From Octopus vulgaris (lineage: Eukaryota): DNA of 64,000 bases. Every line of letters starts with the position of its first letter. Position 1 is the first letter of the stretch. This document shows, one piece after another, positions 1 through 12,718 of this stretch. The stretch is taken from positions 101,680,001 through 101,744,000 of the forward strand of contig OX597820.1 of NCBI GenBank assembly GCA_951406725.2, in the 5' to 3' direction. The translations under genes and the position numbers were made by a program. A model generated the notes under the pieces. The model made no database searches. It was not told the DNA's origin and saw only the letters and a program-made list of their open reading frames with translations.

Positions 1-45
<45 letters not shown>

Positions 46-600
46 GAGTGAGAGAACAGTGCATGGCATCAAAGTTACACTGGGGTAAAATATACGAAGC
101 CCAGTATACCCATCATAACTACCCGTCTGATAAGGGTACACTAGGCACATGCATCGCAACCATATGTGCGCGACATGGTGATCTCATATCAAGATAAACA
201 GCGTATGACCTTGCAGGTGGGGCCCAGTTAGAATTTTCTTCTGGTCGAGTAGCCCATCCCGCTCAAACGGTCCCTGAATAAGGATTATTTAAGGATGTTG
301 AACAAAACACCCATGTTTCCAAAGGTGAATTATCCAAACCTCTAAAAATTCCTTTTAACACACGGCTATGATGCTCCCCCACTACGTCTGCTCGAGATCA
401 GAGATGCACATATCGTCAGCCACTAAGGGACATGGTCAACTGGTTAAGGTCAAACAACTGACAAGCAAATCTGTGGTATTGAGCAGAATATTTGCCGTAG
501 CCCATCTTTTATACCAAGACAAAACAATGTACATAACACTTCCAATCAGTCCAGACGAGAAGCCATGAGAGCCGCTGTCTGGTACTGCGTCAGGGCATTT
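46..600 (-). mobile_element. Interspersed non-autonomous retroelement-like repeat embedded in (ATT)n
   Basis: ~550 bp of higher-GC sequence flanked on both sides by (ATT)n; no meaningful ORF; family assignment uncertain. Confidence 0.45.
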
Positions 601-646
601 ATTATTATTATTATTGATGTTGTTGTTGTTATTGTTGTTGTTGTTG

Positions 647-710
<64 letters not shown>

Positions 711-1146
711 CTGTTGTAGCAATAGCGCTGTGACTTTCGTTTGCTTCGAAAGCTTTGCTTATCGAAGGGAAAAAAGAAGATATTTAGTAGCCTAAAGTGT
801 GTTTATGTGTGGGTGTGTGGGTGTGTATCAGTGTTGACTCTAACAAGACAAGTAATACAGGTGTACAGCTCAAAAGCGAGGTGAATAACTATGAATGACA
901 AATAGAAAGGAAATTGGATTTTAGCAACATGCCTAATGATAATAGAATCGTGACAACAGCCACAGTAATAACTTACCGTTCAATATTCCCCTCACCCACC
1001 CAAAGAGCTTCCCATCACTTCCATTTCTAAGGAGGAAAAGCAGCAGTGACAACATCAACCACAATAGCAACAACAGCACTGCTGAAGACAGAAATGTGAG
1101 TAACAACAATAGTAACGTCTCCAGCAACAGCATTACCAACAACAGT

Positions 1147-1561
1147 AGGCGCAGGAGTGGCTGTGTGGTAAGTAGCTTGCTTACCAACCACATGGTTCTG
1201 GGTTCAGTCCCACTGCGTGACACCTTGGGCAAGTGTCTTCTACTATAGCCTCGGGCCGAATAAAGCCTTGTGAGTGGACTTGGTAGATGGAAACTGAAAG
1301 AAGCCCGTCGTATATATGTATATATATATGTATGTATGTGTGTGTGCTTGTGTGTCTGTGTTTGTCCCCCTAGCATTGCTTGACAACCGATGCTGGTGTG
1401 TTTATCTCCCCGTCACTTAGGGGTTCGGCAAAAAAGACCGATAGAATAAGTACTGGGCTTACAAAGAATAAGTCCCGGGGTCGAGTTGCTCGATTAAAGT
1501 CGGTGCTCCAGCATGGCTGCAGTCAAATGACTGAAACAAGTAAAAGAGTAAAAGAGAGAGA
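1147..1561 (+). mobile_element. tRNA-derived SINE, family A (GGCGCAGGAGTGGCTGTGTGGTAAG... tail GAAACAAGTAAAAGAG)
   Basis: A/B-box-like head (TGGCTGTGTGGT...GGTTCAGTCCC); near-identical copies at ~20742, 23715, 38495, 39820, 49844. Confidence 0.85.
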
Positions 1562-2164
1562 GTAACAGTATACCAGGCGAAAATGAAAATAACAACGCTG
1601 CTTCTACCAGCTTAACAACTAATCGGACGACTACTATACTCACCAAAAACTCTACCACTGTCACCCACTCCAGAATAAATCAATGGACATAAAAATATAG
1701 GATCCAGGTCAATTAAAAGTAATATAACCTGCTAATCAACTTGCTACAACTGCAACAGAGGCAGCTACCACACCACCACTATCACTAGCTCTTTTTCGAC
1801 AATTTCGACAATTTCATAGGCAATAATAATAGCAATGGAGATAATAAAATGGCCGCAAAAAAGGCAGTGTTTTGCAAGCGCAGTAAGAGTCGCTGAGTGA
1901 ATAAACCGAGACAGAAAAAAAACAACAACAGTAAACTCAAAGACTATGAAATGAGGACAGGATAGTTACTCTGATCGTACTGTAACGAGTGATAGAGAAT
2001 ACCAACAGAGTCACAGTGACAAAACTAGTACAGAAGCACTAAATGTTGGCGAATAGAAAAAATTAACGCATGCGCAGATGGTAAAGTGTCTGTAAGCGAT
2101 ATGTAAGCTGAAAACTTTCGTTGCCTGCGGCAGACCATGTGGGAAGATAGGGACTAACTCCATT

Positions 2165-2634
2165 GGATTTTTCGGTTTGAACGGCACTTTGTAACATAAT
2201 TTCTACGTAACTAAAAAATTCCATTTTCTGTAGCGGTGTCGTATGAAATTGTCATCCATAATTATTACCCTAGTATCGATCTATTGCATTTCAATCTATT
2301 TTAGATTTAGGGTTAGAGTTAGGGTTAGGGTTAGGGGTGGGGGAAGGGTATCTTTTTTTTCTTCACAAATGTAAATAAACCCAATCTGTTTCTTAAACGA
2401 GGGACATATTGATGCGGCACAGAATGCTTTCTCCTCAATGGACGGTCAGCGATTGGTTAAAATTGCCGAAATGCAAGAAATTTTAGACGAAATATGTTAC
2501 AAACTATAGAATTTTCTCAATAAAGCCAAGAGAAAATGATGTTTTATAAACACATTCTACCAGTATACGAAGTTTAAAATTTTTTAGTTACCTAGAAATT
2601 ATGTTACAAACTGCCGTTCAAACCGAAAAGATCC
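2165..2634. mobile_element. MITE, Merlin-like, with internal (TTAGGG)n
   Basis: ~55-bp TIRs GGATTTTTCGGTTTGAACGGCA.../...TGCCGTTCAAACCGAAAAGATCC; 8-bp TSD ACTCCATT at 2157-2164 and 2635-2642. Confidence 0.85.
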
Positions 2635-2724
2635 ACTCCATTAATCCGTCAAATGGAAAAAAAAAATTTCTAAGAGGGGAATTCATTTTGATTGTTCTTT
2701 TGCTTTTTGCTTTCATCTCAACAG

Positions 2725-2822
2725 GTGTACTGGCGAAAGCAACAGTTCAGTATGGCATGAGATAATGAAAGTTCTCAAAGGAAATAGTTACAATCGTTAT
2801 TTCAGACCTGAAAAAGAATCAG
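2725..2822 (+). CDS. Cys-loop ligand-gated anion channel-like subunit, exon A (N-terminal helix)
   Basis: caacag|...|gtaagt; reads CTGESNSSVWHEIMKVLKGNSYNRYFRPEKESG, containing the Y-x-x-x-x-RP motif; phase joins next exon. Confidence 0.85.
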
Positions 2823-3060
2823 GTAAGTGTATGAATATTTGTAAGTGTACCAGGGCAACTTCTTGAAGAGGCTCATTTTAAAAAAAAAAAACACGTATCT
2901 CACTCAAAATGTCTGTTCCGAGTTAAACTTTCGCTTAGGTTTACCTGGATGGTAGACTTAATCATTCACACAGTTTAACGCCACCAACTGGCATCTTGAA
3001 TACTTTTAGGGAAGTCCACTCCGTTTGAGGATACCTTTCTCTCTCTTCCTTCGGTTACTC

Positions 3061-3127
3061 TTGGATGAAGCTTTGTATATGGTCATGAGATAGGCAATCT
3101 CATGACCATATACAAAGCTTCATCCAA
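3061..3127. repeat. Perfect 31-bp-arm palindrome in intron
   Basis: TTGGATGAAGCTTTGTATATGGTCATGAGAT-aggca-ATCTCATGACCATATACAAAGCTTCATCCAA. Confidence 0.9.
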
Positions 3128-3402
3128 TTCTCGTGGCTAAAAGATTTTTAAAAATTAACATTTCCGATTTTGAGAAAACAGAGATATGTTCTATTCTTCA
3201 TTTCTCTTATCTCGATGAATTCCTCTGATAAAAAGGAAGTTTTGTGACTTACTTCTCCCAAGTGCTGATCCATATTTAGTGTTTCTCTTTGGATCGCAAC
3301 ACTAGCGTTGTTGACTTTTATATTATTAAATTAATAAAAACTATCACAATGTTTTCCATTCATTAAATGATTTCTTACACAGTCTATTTTGCTTTCTTGC
3401 AG

Positions 3403-3467
3403 GAAATATTACAGTTGTCTTTGTGAACGTGTATGTTGAAGCTGTTGGAATGATGGATTCCAGTAAG
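3403..3467 (+). CDS. Cys-loop channel exon B (beta1)
   Basis: ttcttgcag|...|gtataa; 65 bp; NITVVFVNVYVEAVGMMDSSK. Confidence 0.88.
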
Positions 3468-4260
3468 GTATAAAATTTATTAAATGTTTCTTGTTAACTA
3501 CTCACAAAAGCCCTGTATTTTAAGAAGAAAATGTGTAAAGAAACATGCAGAGTTAAGTCGTTGCAAGCGGATGTAACACACAAAAAAAAAAGCTTCAATT
3601 GAGGATTGAAACTGTACCGTCCTTGGTCATGACTCAATGATATTTCATTGTACAGCATGTGACAAATTTAAGTAGAATACTGAGTTGTTAGAGTAGAAGG
3701 GTAACAGATTTTACTAGCATACAAAAGTATTAGGACCAAGTAGAAACAAGCATAGTCGTGATACCGTTGGTAAGTGTCATCCTGAGTAAGACAGATGTTA
3801 CACGGGAGGAGTATTTCTTCTTGTGAGCAAATTCTAATCACAATACCGTCTGATTAGAATTTAGTAGACGGAAATTATGCGGAAGCCTACTTCCTATCTA
3901 TCTACCTCTATGATAAAAACATGCACAAATACGCGCGCGCATATGCATCAATACACACGCATACACACATATATATACATACATACACACACAACTAGTT
4001 TTGGGCGCTATAAAGCATTTAAAAACATCTGGTTACGTGAATTACTTTGACGTTTGAGTGCCTCATAACTTAACAGAAAAAAAAACTTAATAGAGCACAT
4101 TTCCATCGATGAGTCTCTGCTCAAAACAAAAATTACCCATTTTTGAAAATAATGATCACGTGTGATGAGAAATGGATTATTTACAACATAAAATGAGAAA
4201 GGTCCTGGGTAAAACGAGTTGAAACGCCTTCAATCTCTCCAGAAGCTGGTCTGTATCTGA

Positions 4261-4370
4261 TGAGATTGGAAGGGTATTGTGTATTAAGGACTATTTCCAC
4301 AAAAGCCGACGTTAATTTAACGCCTGCTTTTGTAGAAATAGTCCGTAATACACAATGCCCTTCCAATCTC
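4261..4370. repeat. Imperfect fold-back (~50-bp arms)
   Basis: TGAGATTGGAAGGGTATTGTGTATTAAGGACTATTTCCACAAAAGC vs GCTTTTGTAGAAATAGTCCGTAATACACAATGCCCTTCCAATCTCA. Confidence 0.85.
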
Positions 4371-4764
4371 AGAATTTCATTGTTCCCGATTAGGCTGATT
4401 AAAGGAGGCAATTGAAGAAAAACGTCCAGGCAATTGATGCAAAAAGTTCAGAATTGGCCAACCGAAAGGGTGCCGTCTTACAGACAACGCTAGACCGGAC
4501 GTTTCGAAGCAGTTTGGGTGGGATGTTCTACTCTACCCGCCGTACCTTTGGATTATCATTTATTACGATCACTGCAAAATTCTCTTTATGCGAAGAACTT
4601 CGATTCTTTAAAAGCATGTAAAAACCACTTAGACCAGTTCATGACCCAGAAAGATGCCAAGTTCTAGGAGGGTGGGATCATGAAGATGTCTCAAAGGTAG
4701 CGAAAGGTAGTGGAACAAAATGGGAAACATGTAGTTCAATAAAGGTATGTGATCGTATTCATTC

Positions 4765-4800
<36 letters not shown>

Positions 4801-4811
4801 AAACAATAACA

Positions 4812-4851
<40 letters not shown>

Positions 4852-5017
4852 AACATATACACACACACGCACACACATACACGCATACACATATATCGTT
4901 TCTAAGTATAAATTGAAATGGTTCTATGGTTTCCATTCCCCAAACTCCATTATCCCATTTCATGAAACATTTATTTATATTTCTCCTAGAATTCTATTTC
5001 TCTTTTCTCACCACTAG

Positions 5018-5235
5018 GAAATGCCGTTATTTCTTGTGGTCACAGAAACCTGGACAGATAAACAACTCGTTCCAAATGAGGGGTCCCAAGGTAATTTGCT
5101 TTTTGAAGAGAGATTGGTGCCTTTGTTCTGGACACCTAAATTGTTGCTGGGCAATGCCGGAACCCAACAAGATGTTAAGGTTTATTCAAAGAAGATTGTC
5201 CTTAAACCAAATGGTAAACTAACACTAAGTTATAG
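5018..5235 (+). CDS. Cys-loop channel exon C (loops D, A, E)
   Basis: ccactag|...|gtaaga; 218 bp; EMPLFLVVTETWTDKQL...LFWTPKLLLGN...IVLKPNGKLTLSY matches the WxDxRL / WxP / RIxxxG pattern. Confidence 0.92.
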
Positions 5236-7923
5236 GTAAGAATTGTCTTTATATTTCGTTTAAAATCCATTTGAATATATGGAAAGCTTACTTTCAAATC
5301 TAGATATACGCATCGGAATGACATTTGAGTAATTGTTTAAAACAACTATTTGAATATATCTGATTTTAATTGGAAGCCTAAGATTCGCCCACTGTCTCTA
5401 CGACGTTTATTCCAGTTTGACTGGAAAAAAATTTCACGTGTGTGAAGCCAGCAGTTTGCAGATTGTGTTTTAATGATTATCATGAAATCGACCAAATATG
5501 CTTTTATACCGGATTTGAAAGTAAGCTCCTCATATATCAAGGCGGCGAGCTGACAGAATCGTTAGCACGCCGGGGTAAAATACTAGTAAATTTCGATAAT
5601 TTCGCCCGCACGATTTTTACTAGGAAAAAATCGGATTTTTTGCGCGGTATCAAGTACCCTGTCCTCTTAATATGCCGCCAACCCCTTATTTTTGTTTGGA
5701 AAAACGTAGGGTTGGAAACCGGACCCCCTTCCTCTCCCTGAACCACTGGATTTTTTTTTCATTGAATGAATTACGGTGACCTAATATTCCACAAAAGCCT
5801 TTTGGGGTCCGAAAAACGGGGTGGGTGGGGTGGAACCCTCGGAAATTTCACCACCAACCTCCCAACATTTTACAGAAATACGTTTTCCAGAGTGTAGATT
5901 ACATTGTTCATTATTAAATACATAGAGAATTCTAACATTTATAGTGTGTATATTTTAAGCTGAAGATATTTTTTCTGAAGGCGTAGTGTATGCAAATATA
6001 TATACTGCTTCCTCCACTCTCGCCTCCAATACACCACATCTTGCCCACGCCACACACCACCACACCACACACCACCATGCCACACCACACCTTTCCGTAC
6101 ACACTAGCACTGACCACTTCCCAGCACCCACACCATCATCCACACACCTACACATGCACACACGTACACGTCAAGGTCACCAGCCCCCATCCACACCGCA
6201 CCTTCGCTTTGGGATCACCACTACTTTATTATTTCTCCTTCTTCCTAGCTCTCCTGTGTGACCCCTCTGTCTAGCATTCGCTATGATAGATCGCTAGCCA
6301 CTAAACCCTTTTTTAAAATTTTATCTCCCCGTTTGTTTCTGTGCTCCTTTCTGTCGAAGAGCGTAGGCTCGAAAAGTAAAAGACTTTCTCACTTCCCGAG
6401 CGTTAAACTAATACATCTGTTTGTTGTTTAGACACCCGTTTTCGTCTTTTGTTTTTTTTTGTAAATTCTCACTATATATATATATACATATACGCATATA
6501 TATAAGAGTGTGTATGTAGATGCAGACGAAGTAACTTATTTAATTACTTTTTGCTGTCAACTCGTTAGATTAATCCCAGTTTCACATCTTTCTTTGCAGG
6601 GTTTGTGTGTGTGTGTATGAGTGAGATCGTGTTTTCCTCTTGTCTTTACGTGTGTTCCCTGACTGTAAACAAAACAACACCCACACTATCAGTACAAGCG
6701 GTGTTGTATACTTGCAAGTCAGCTATGAAAGCATATTCGCGCTTCTTGATATATCCTGAAATGTTGAAAGGTTTTGTAAACAAAACCACTCATAACTACA
6801 TGCAGATTATTTGATATTCGATAGACTATGAGATTATAATCTTACTTGGAAACAGGTGAAGGTTGGTGACAGAAAGAGCATCCAACCATAGAAGATCTGC
6901 CTCAGCAAATTCTATCTGGTAATGCAAACGTGGAAAAGTGGACGTTAAAACGCTGATAATGATGATGATGATGATGATGATATTCTGTCTTCTATGAAAT
7001 TTAACCAGCTAACAACACACAAAACTGATATTTTATGAAGTGTCAAAAATGTTGTCTAAGCACTGAGAAACATCATATACCACATCATAGCCATGTCCTA
7101 AAATTTCGATGCCTCAAGAAATTAATTAAAAGTTAATTTATCAGTTTGTGTGTATTGTTAAATTGATAATTAACATTAATGAATATGTGTTAGTCACCTT
7201 TTTGTACAGCTAAAAAAATGGAAAGATATGAGAGAACTAATCACTCATTTTCAGTTCTTCATCTGTTTTAATGTATGGAATGTGACGACCCAAAGAAAAG
7301 AAACCACCTGAGTAACGTCGGAAAGTTCTTCTCATATTAGTTATTTATTTGAACAGATTGTGTGATTGAATGTAGATAAGAAAGAGAGAGAGAGAGGGGG
7401 GAAAGAAGGGTGAGCGAATGTCAGCATCCATAGCGTTGTCACAGTGCTAATAGGAGTTAGTTCCCGTTATGTGCACTCTTCATATCTGGCCCGTGCACAT
7501 TAGCTGAAAGAGCAATTTCTCCTCTGCTTGTTACTACCTGTTCATTTGTAGTTGGTGCCTGTCTTTATATGAAGAGTTGGCCCAATGAAAACTTGACTGA
7601 TTAGAAATCAACAGTTTTTGATTCATAAGTATTTTTGCTGACGTTAGTCAAACGAATCCCAATGAAACTGTTGGATGCCATCCGTTTGTTGTTTACTTTA
7701 TGACATCACCACTCAGTCTGAAAGATGTAGTTTTTGTTTACGAAAACTTTCTAACTCGAAACAAAACAACATGGGTTCAAACTGAGACAAACACTTGCTA
7801 CACTTCGAGTAGTTTTTCCATAACATAATTGCTGATCTTCCATAAAGTAATTTCAAAATTTCTTTTCTTATTTTCATGTATGCTTGTATTTTTATCGTTA
7901 TATATTTTCCCCTGATATTTCAG

Positions 7924-8006
7924 AGTAATTTTTCCTGTTTCATGCCAAAAACATATCAACTTATTTCCCCTGGATGGACAAATTTGTAGCATCAAGATAA
8001 AAAGCT
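7924..8006 (+). CDS. Cys-loop channel exon D (Cys-loop, loop B)
   Basis: atttcag|...|gtaagt; 83 bp; (R)VIFPVSCQKHINLFPLDGQICSIKIKS = C-x13-C with FPxDxQxC; absent from the ORF track. Confidence 0.95.
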
Positions 8007-8056
8007 GTAAGTATGAAAAATGGTGTGAATGATATATATATATATATATATACATG

Positions 8057-8096
<40 letters not shown>

Positions 8097-8153
8097 CATA
8101 CATACATACATACATACATACATACATACATACATACTTATACACACATACAC

Positions 8154-8215
<62 letters not shown>

Positions 8216-8392
8216 GTATATATAATATATTCATATATATATATATACATATGCATACATATATATAGATATAGATATATGAATATATTATATATACATA
8301 TATATATATGTACATCTAATACAGGATAAAATTTTTCGAAACAATTCTATCAATGGCCAGCATATTAAAAAAATACCTTTAAAGGTTAAATT

Positions 8393-8662
8393 TATAAACA
8401 ACTTATAAACAAGGGCAAAAGAAAAAATTTCTAATGCCAAATATGGCGAAAATAGACACTTCGACAATAGAGAAGGTTCTTATGAATTAACTCTGAAATC
8501 GGGTCCGATATGGTAATAACGGAATTTTTTAGAAATTTCTTTCGGCTTTCTTCGAGACGCGTACTTATAGTGATGAATTATATGGTTATTGACGAAGTGT
8601 CTATTTTCGGCATATTTGGGATTAGATATATTTTCCTTTGCCCTTGTTTATAAGTTGTTTAT
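8393..8662. repeat. Inverted repeat, ~75-bp arms (TE-derived)
   Basis: TATAAACAACTTATAAACAAGGGCAAA...ATAGACACTTCGACAATA and its reverse complement at ~8587-8662. Confidence 0.8.
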
Positions 8663-8932
8663 ATATATATATATATATATATATACGATGAATAGCCTTC
8701 GCGTAAACCACCGGTTCGTTTTGTTCTCTTACTTTATTATCATCTTATAATCATCTCATAATAATGACCTTTATGACTCGTATTACTACCTCAGTCAATC
8801 TAAAGGTATATATTTGTCACTACCTGTCATAAATAGCCTTTTTCTATTTGCAATATGCATTTTCATTGATTTTTCATATTTTACACTTACATTTCCACGT
8901 GTATTTTATATTTTCTTTTCGTAACATATTTC

Positions 8933-8969
<37 letters not shown>

Positions 8970-9502
8970 AATTTAGAAACTCAAACAGATATATGGTAAA
9001 TCGTTTTTAGCGGTTGAACGCGAAAGTTAACAATGCTAGAAATAACAGCATGTAGAATATGGAAAAACCGTCGAGAGGCCTTTGCCTTTTCTTTTTTTAA
9101 CCCAATTCTCTCCATGCTATTGTTTATAGAGTTATCGACTCTTAGTGTCAACGTAACGCAATGGGTGTGTGTGTGCGTGTGTTTATGTGTGTGCGCGCGT
9201 ACGGTGTGTACTCACTTTTATTCTATTATTCCTTTACATGCTTCAGCAATTCGCCCGTGGCCATTCTGAAGCACTACCTTTGAGCGTTTAGTCAATCAAA
9301 CTGGCCCCAGTACTTACTTTACGTTTGATATTTATTCTCTCAATCTGTTTATGTTTAACTACTAAATTATAAGGACATAACCAAACCAACTCTGGCTGTC
9401 AATAACTGAAAGACATACATACACACGTAGATAAATACTCCTTGCATGTATACATATATACATACATACACTCATGCATGCATACATACATACATACATA
9501 CA

Positions 9503-9535
<33 letters not shown>

Positions 9536-9595
9536 TCTTTTATTCGTTTCTGCTATGCGGCTGTGGTCATGCTGGAGCACCACCATGAGTGTGAG

Positions 9596-9702
9596 ATGCT
9601 TACAGCACCTAGGTTTCCCAAGTGGTCAACCATCTAATTACTCACTAAGCTCGATGTTGCTTAACTTCTGAGATCGGACATGAACCGATGCCTTCAACGT
9701 GA

Positions 9703-9706
<4 letters not shown>
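9596..9706 (-). pseudogene. 5S rRNA pseudogene / 5S-derived fragment
   Basis: Minus strand reads CACGTTGAAGGCATCGGTTCATGTCCGATCTCAGAAGTTAAGCAACATCGAGC...GATGGTTGACCACTTGGGAAACCTAGGTGCTGTAAGCAT, a degenerate metazoan 5S. Confidence 0.85.
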
Positions 9707-9780
<74 letters not shown>

Positions 9781-9785
<5 letters not shown>

Positions 9786-9911
9786 ATTAGAGCTTAGTAA
9801 AATAAATTACTTTGCCACATACTGAACTTTCTAGAAATAGCAGCCAAAAAGTTTTTTAGCCATTTCCACTACTGTGGCAAAGTAATTTATTTTACTAAGC
9901 CCTAATTATAT
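9781..9911. repeat. Inverted repeat (~38-bp arms) between (TA)n tracts
   Basis: ATATAATTAGAGCTTAGTAAAATAAATTACTTTGCCACA vs TGTGGCAAAGTAATTTATTTTACTAAGCCCTAATTATAT. Confidence 0.8.
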
Positions 9912-10008
9912 AATGTAATATTTTGAATATGCCTTAAATGGTCCTTTTACATACTGAACACTACTTGGTGAAATTGATTAATAACTAATTAATTTTACCC
10001 TCAATTAT

Positions 10009-10074
<66 letters not shown>

Positions 10075-10077
<3 letters not shown>

Positions 10078-10274
10078 GGAGTTCAATATAATCGGTGGAC
10101 CCACGCAGTTGTCGAGTGGTACCCACGCGAGCGGAAAAGACCACCCGGAAGACCTCCACGACGGTGGAGTTACGATTTCAGGAGGACGTGGATGAGAAAG
10201 ACGCGATCCAGAGAGGAGTGGACAGCGTGCTGTGACCATCGGTGTCAAATGGACGCCTGGCGGACTGGTCGGTC

Positions 10275-10279
<5 letters not shown>
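10075..10279 (+). mobile_element. RTE-type LINE 3' fragment
   Basis: Translates NRWTHAVVEWYPRERKRPPGRPPRRWS...W, the typical RTE ORF C-terminus; flanked by (TA)n. Confidence 0.7.
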
Positions 10280-10310
<31 letters not shown>

Positions 10311-10352
10311 TATATTAAATTAGAGATAAAACCACTATTAGGCAAATCAAAC

Positions 10353-10409
<57 letters not shown>

Positions 10410-10752
10410 TGTACGTGTGTGTGTGTGTGTGTGTGCGCGCGCGTTGGAAAGTTAAATGCTATGACCATTGATTTCGCACCTATAAAGCGTTGAGTTGTAG
10501 AGAGGTTATGCGCCTTCGACCATTTGAGTAATGGGATGCCTATACTGTTGAGCGTTTTAAAGGTGTGAAACCAACGATCATTCAATGACTGGCCATAACC
10601 TTTAACTCCCTAAAAAATATATTACTGCACTAATGCTTTAGAGTGTGCTTCTTTTTCAGCTATATAAACTACTGACGATATGTGGGTGTGTGTGCATGCG
10701 TGTGTATGTATGTATGTATGTATGTATGTATGTATGTATGTATGTATGTATG

Positions 10753-10783
<31 letters not shown>

Positions 10784-11166
10784 GGTTCAAAATATAATGA
10801 AAATACAAAGAGAATGTTAAAGAACAACAAGCGGGGTGTATTAGGTTGATGCTCATGAAAAATGGAAGAAATCCTTAACGTTTCGAGCCTATGCTCTTCT
10901 ACGGAAAGAATAGATGAAGAGAGAAAAAAATGTAGTTTCCATCTTCCAAGAAATAGAGAGGATCTGTTTGGCCGACCTTTGACACATAATATTACATCAA
11001 ATTGAGGGAAACTGCAGTTGTGTTCTATGTTTTGATAATGTGACAAAATAGCTTTTGGTACCAACCATCAACATGAAAATTATAGCTTAATTTTCTTACA
11101 TGAAATTTTAAAAATGAATGGCATTCTGATTGTAAGCCATATTTCTCCTTATTCTTGTGTTTCCAG

Positions 11167-11304
11167 TTTATTATCCTGTTGAAGAAGTACAAGTTAAATG
11201 GGAATCAAACACAGACTGGCAGAAATCTTTGGATAAACTGGAAATATTTAATTTTGATTTGGCGAAAATTAAACTAACGGAAGAAAATACCACTCAGTTT
11301 GGAC
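11167..11304 (+). CDS. Cys-loop channel exon E (beta8-beta9, start of loop C)
   Basis: tttccag|...|gtacgt; 138 bp; (F)YYPVEEVQVKWESNTDWQKSLDKLEIFNFDLAKIKLTEENTTQFG. Confidence 0.92.
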
Positions 11305-11661
11305 GTACGTTTTTCTTTCTTTTATTTTTCGATTTTAAAATTGCTGAGGTGACTTTGTAGAATGTGGGTTATAAGTTGTGATACCTAGGTGGTGTGGTAA
11401 GCTTGTAGTAAACTATGTTTGTAAGACAGGTTTATTTCATGTTTCTTGCTATTTGACTTAATTCACTAACGGCAGTGGGAAACATATGGACACTACAATC
11501 CCAATTTCCATTCCCCCAATCTTGTACTAAATATGACGGATCAGCAGTTGAGAAATCCTTCTATTTATGAAAAAAGCTACATAAGTTATCTATGACCATG
11601 TCATCAAATCTCTTTTTTTTTATAATACATACATACATACATACATACATACATACATACA

Positions 11662-11689
<28 letters not shown>

Positions 11690-11693
<4 letters not shown>

Positions 11694-12640
11694 ATAAGGT
11701 TGGCTTATAGCCTATGATTATCGTATTACTTCCTAGATAGATAAATAATTACCCCGTATTTATCTAGGTTATATCATAGCTGATTGAAGTGGATTCAGTA
11801 ATAAAAGAAAGTGAGTAGAGTGGGTGAGGGTTGAAAGAATATAAGAGAATTTCTACTATTGGTGGTAACAAAAGAGTTTTGTCGTCAAATAAAAGATAGT
11901 CTAGATGGGATGTGTACACACACACACAAAAGCAAACAAACAAGATACTACTCCGGCAATATATGTATATATAGCAAAGAAGGATAGTCTGTGAAACCAT
12001 AAATATGCAACAGATAAAGTTGAATAAAGTCACTTTCATTAGTTGAATAAATCAGCAGTTAACTGAATGAGATTAATTTTATTATCGTTTGTATTTAGTA
12101 TAATTAATTAAGACAATGGTTAAATCTTTCCCGTCTGTCCTCGACAAGAAGAATCATTACAGCTGATATCTAAAAGAAAGTGTACTTATGACAAAGGTTA
12201 CAGAAGATCGCAAAGCAAATGAAGTAGTATTAGAAAAATAGTTTTGTACAAGGCGCAAATCATTTGTTACTGCTTTTGTTTCTTCTTGTATATATATATA
12301 GTTTAGTTCCTAGGTCAGCCCTATGAAAAGCATTCCAACTATAACCAACATGTCTTGTCATGAGTTTGTAAAGTAAGGTAAAGTTACCTTCTCGGGTCAT
12401 CATACTCATAAGGGCCGGTTTCCAGGTTTCATGGCGTATATATTCCGCACCTGAACAGGACGCGGGTCCGTCGCAGGATTACTCATTTTTGCCAGCTGAG
12501 TGGAATGGAGCAACATGAAATGAAGTGCTTTGCTCAAGAACGGTCCAGGAATCGGAACCACAATCTTACGATCATGAGTCCAACACCCTAACCATTAAGC
12601 CACGCGCCTCCACTGTCATGAGTTTTGGAGGCTCTAGGAC

Positions 12641-12672
<32 letters not shown>

Positions 12673-12686
12673 CATACATACATACA

Positions 12687-12718
<32 letters not shown>

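Noticed and set aside
700-2160. Search for the signal-peptide exon of the channel
   Set aside because: No ATG plus hydrophobic stretch ending in a phase-2 donor could be supported; probably upstream of the window
2307-2343. (TTAGGG)n as a telomere or fusion site
   Set aside because: Only ~5 units, internal to a TSD-flanked MITE
4490-4575. Minus-strand GAAACGTC with possible GATCG/CGGTC stem I
   Set aside because: No recognisable CUGANGA core; too degenerate to call a ribozyme
5438-5520. VKPAVCRLCFNDYHEIDQICFYTGFE: C-x13-C spacing followed by a GTAAG donor, mimicking a Cys-loop exon
   Set aside because: No in-phase AG acceptor and no FPxD motif; the true 83-bp exon is at 7924-8006
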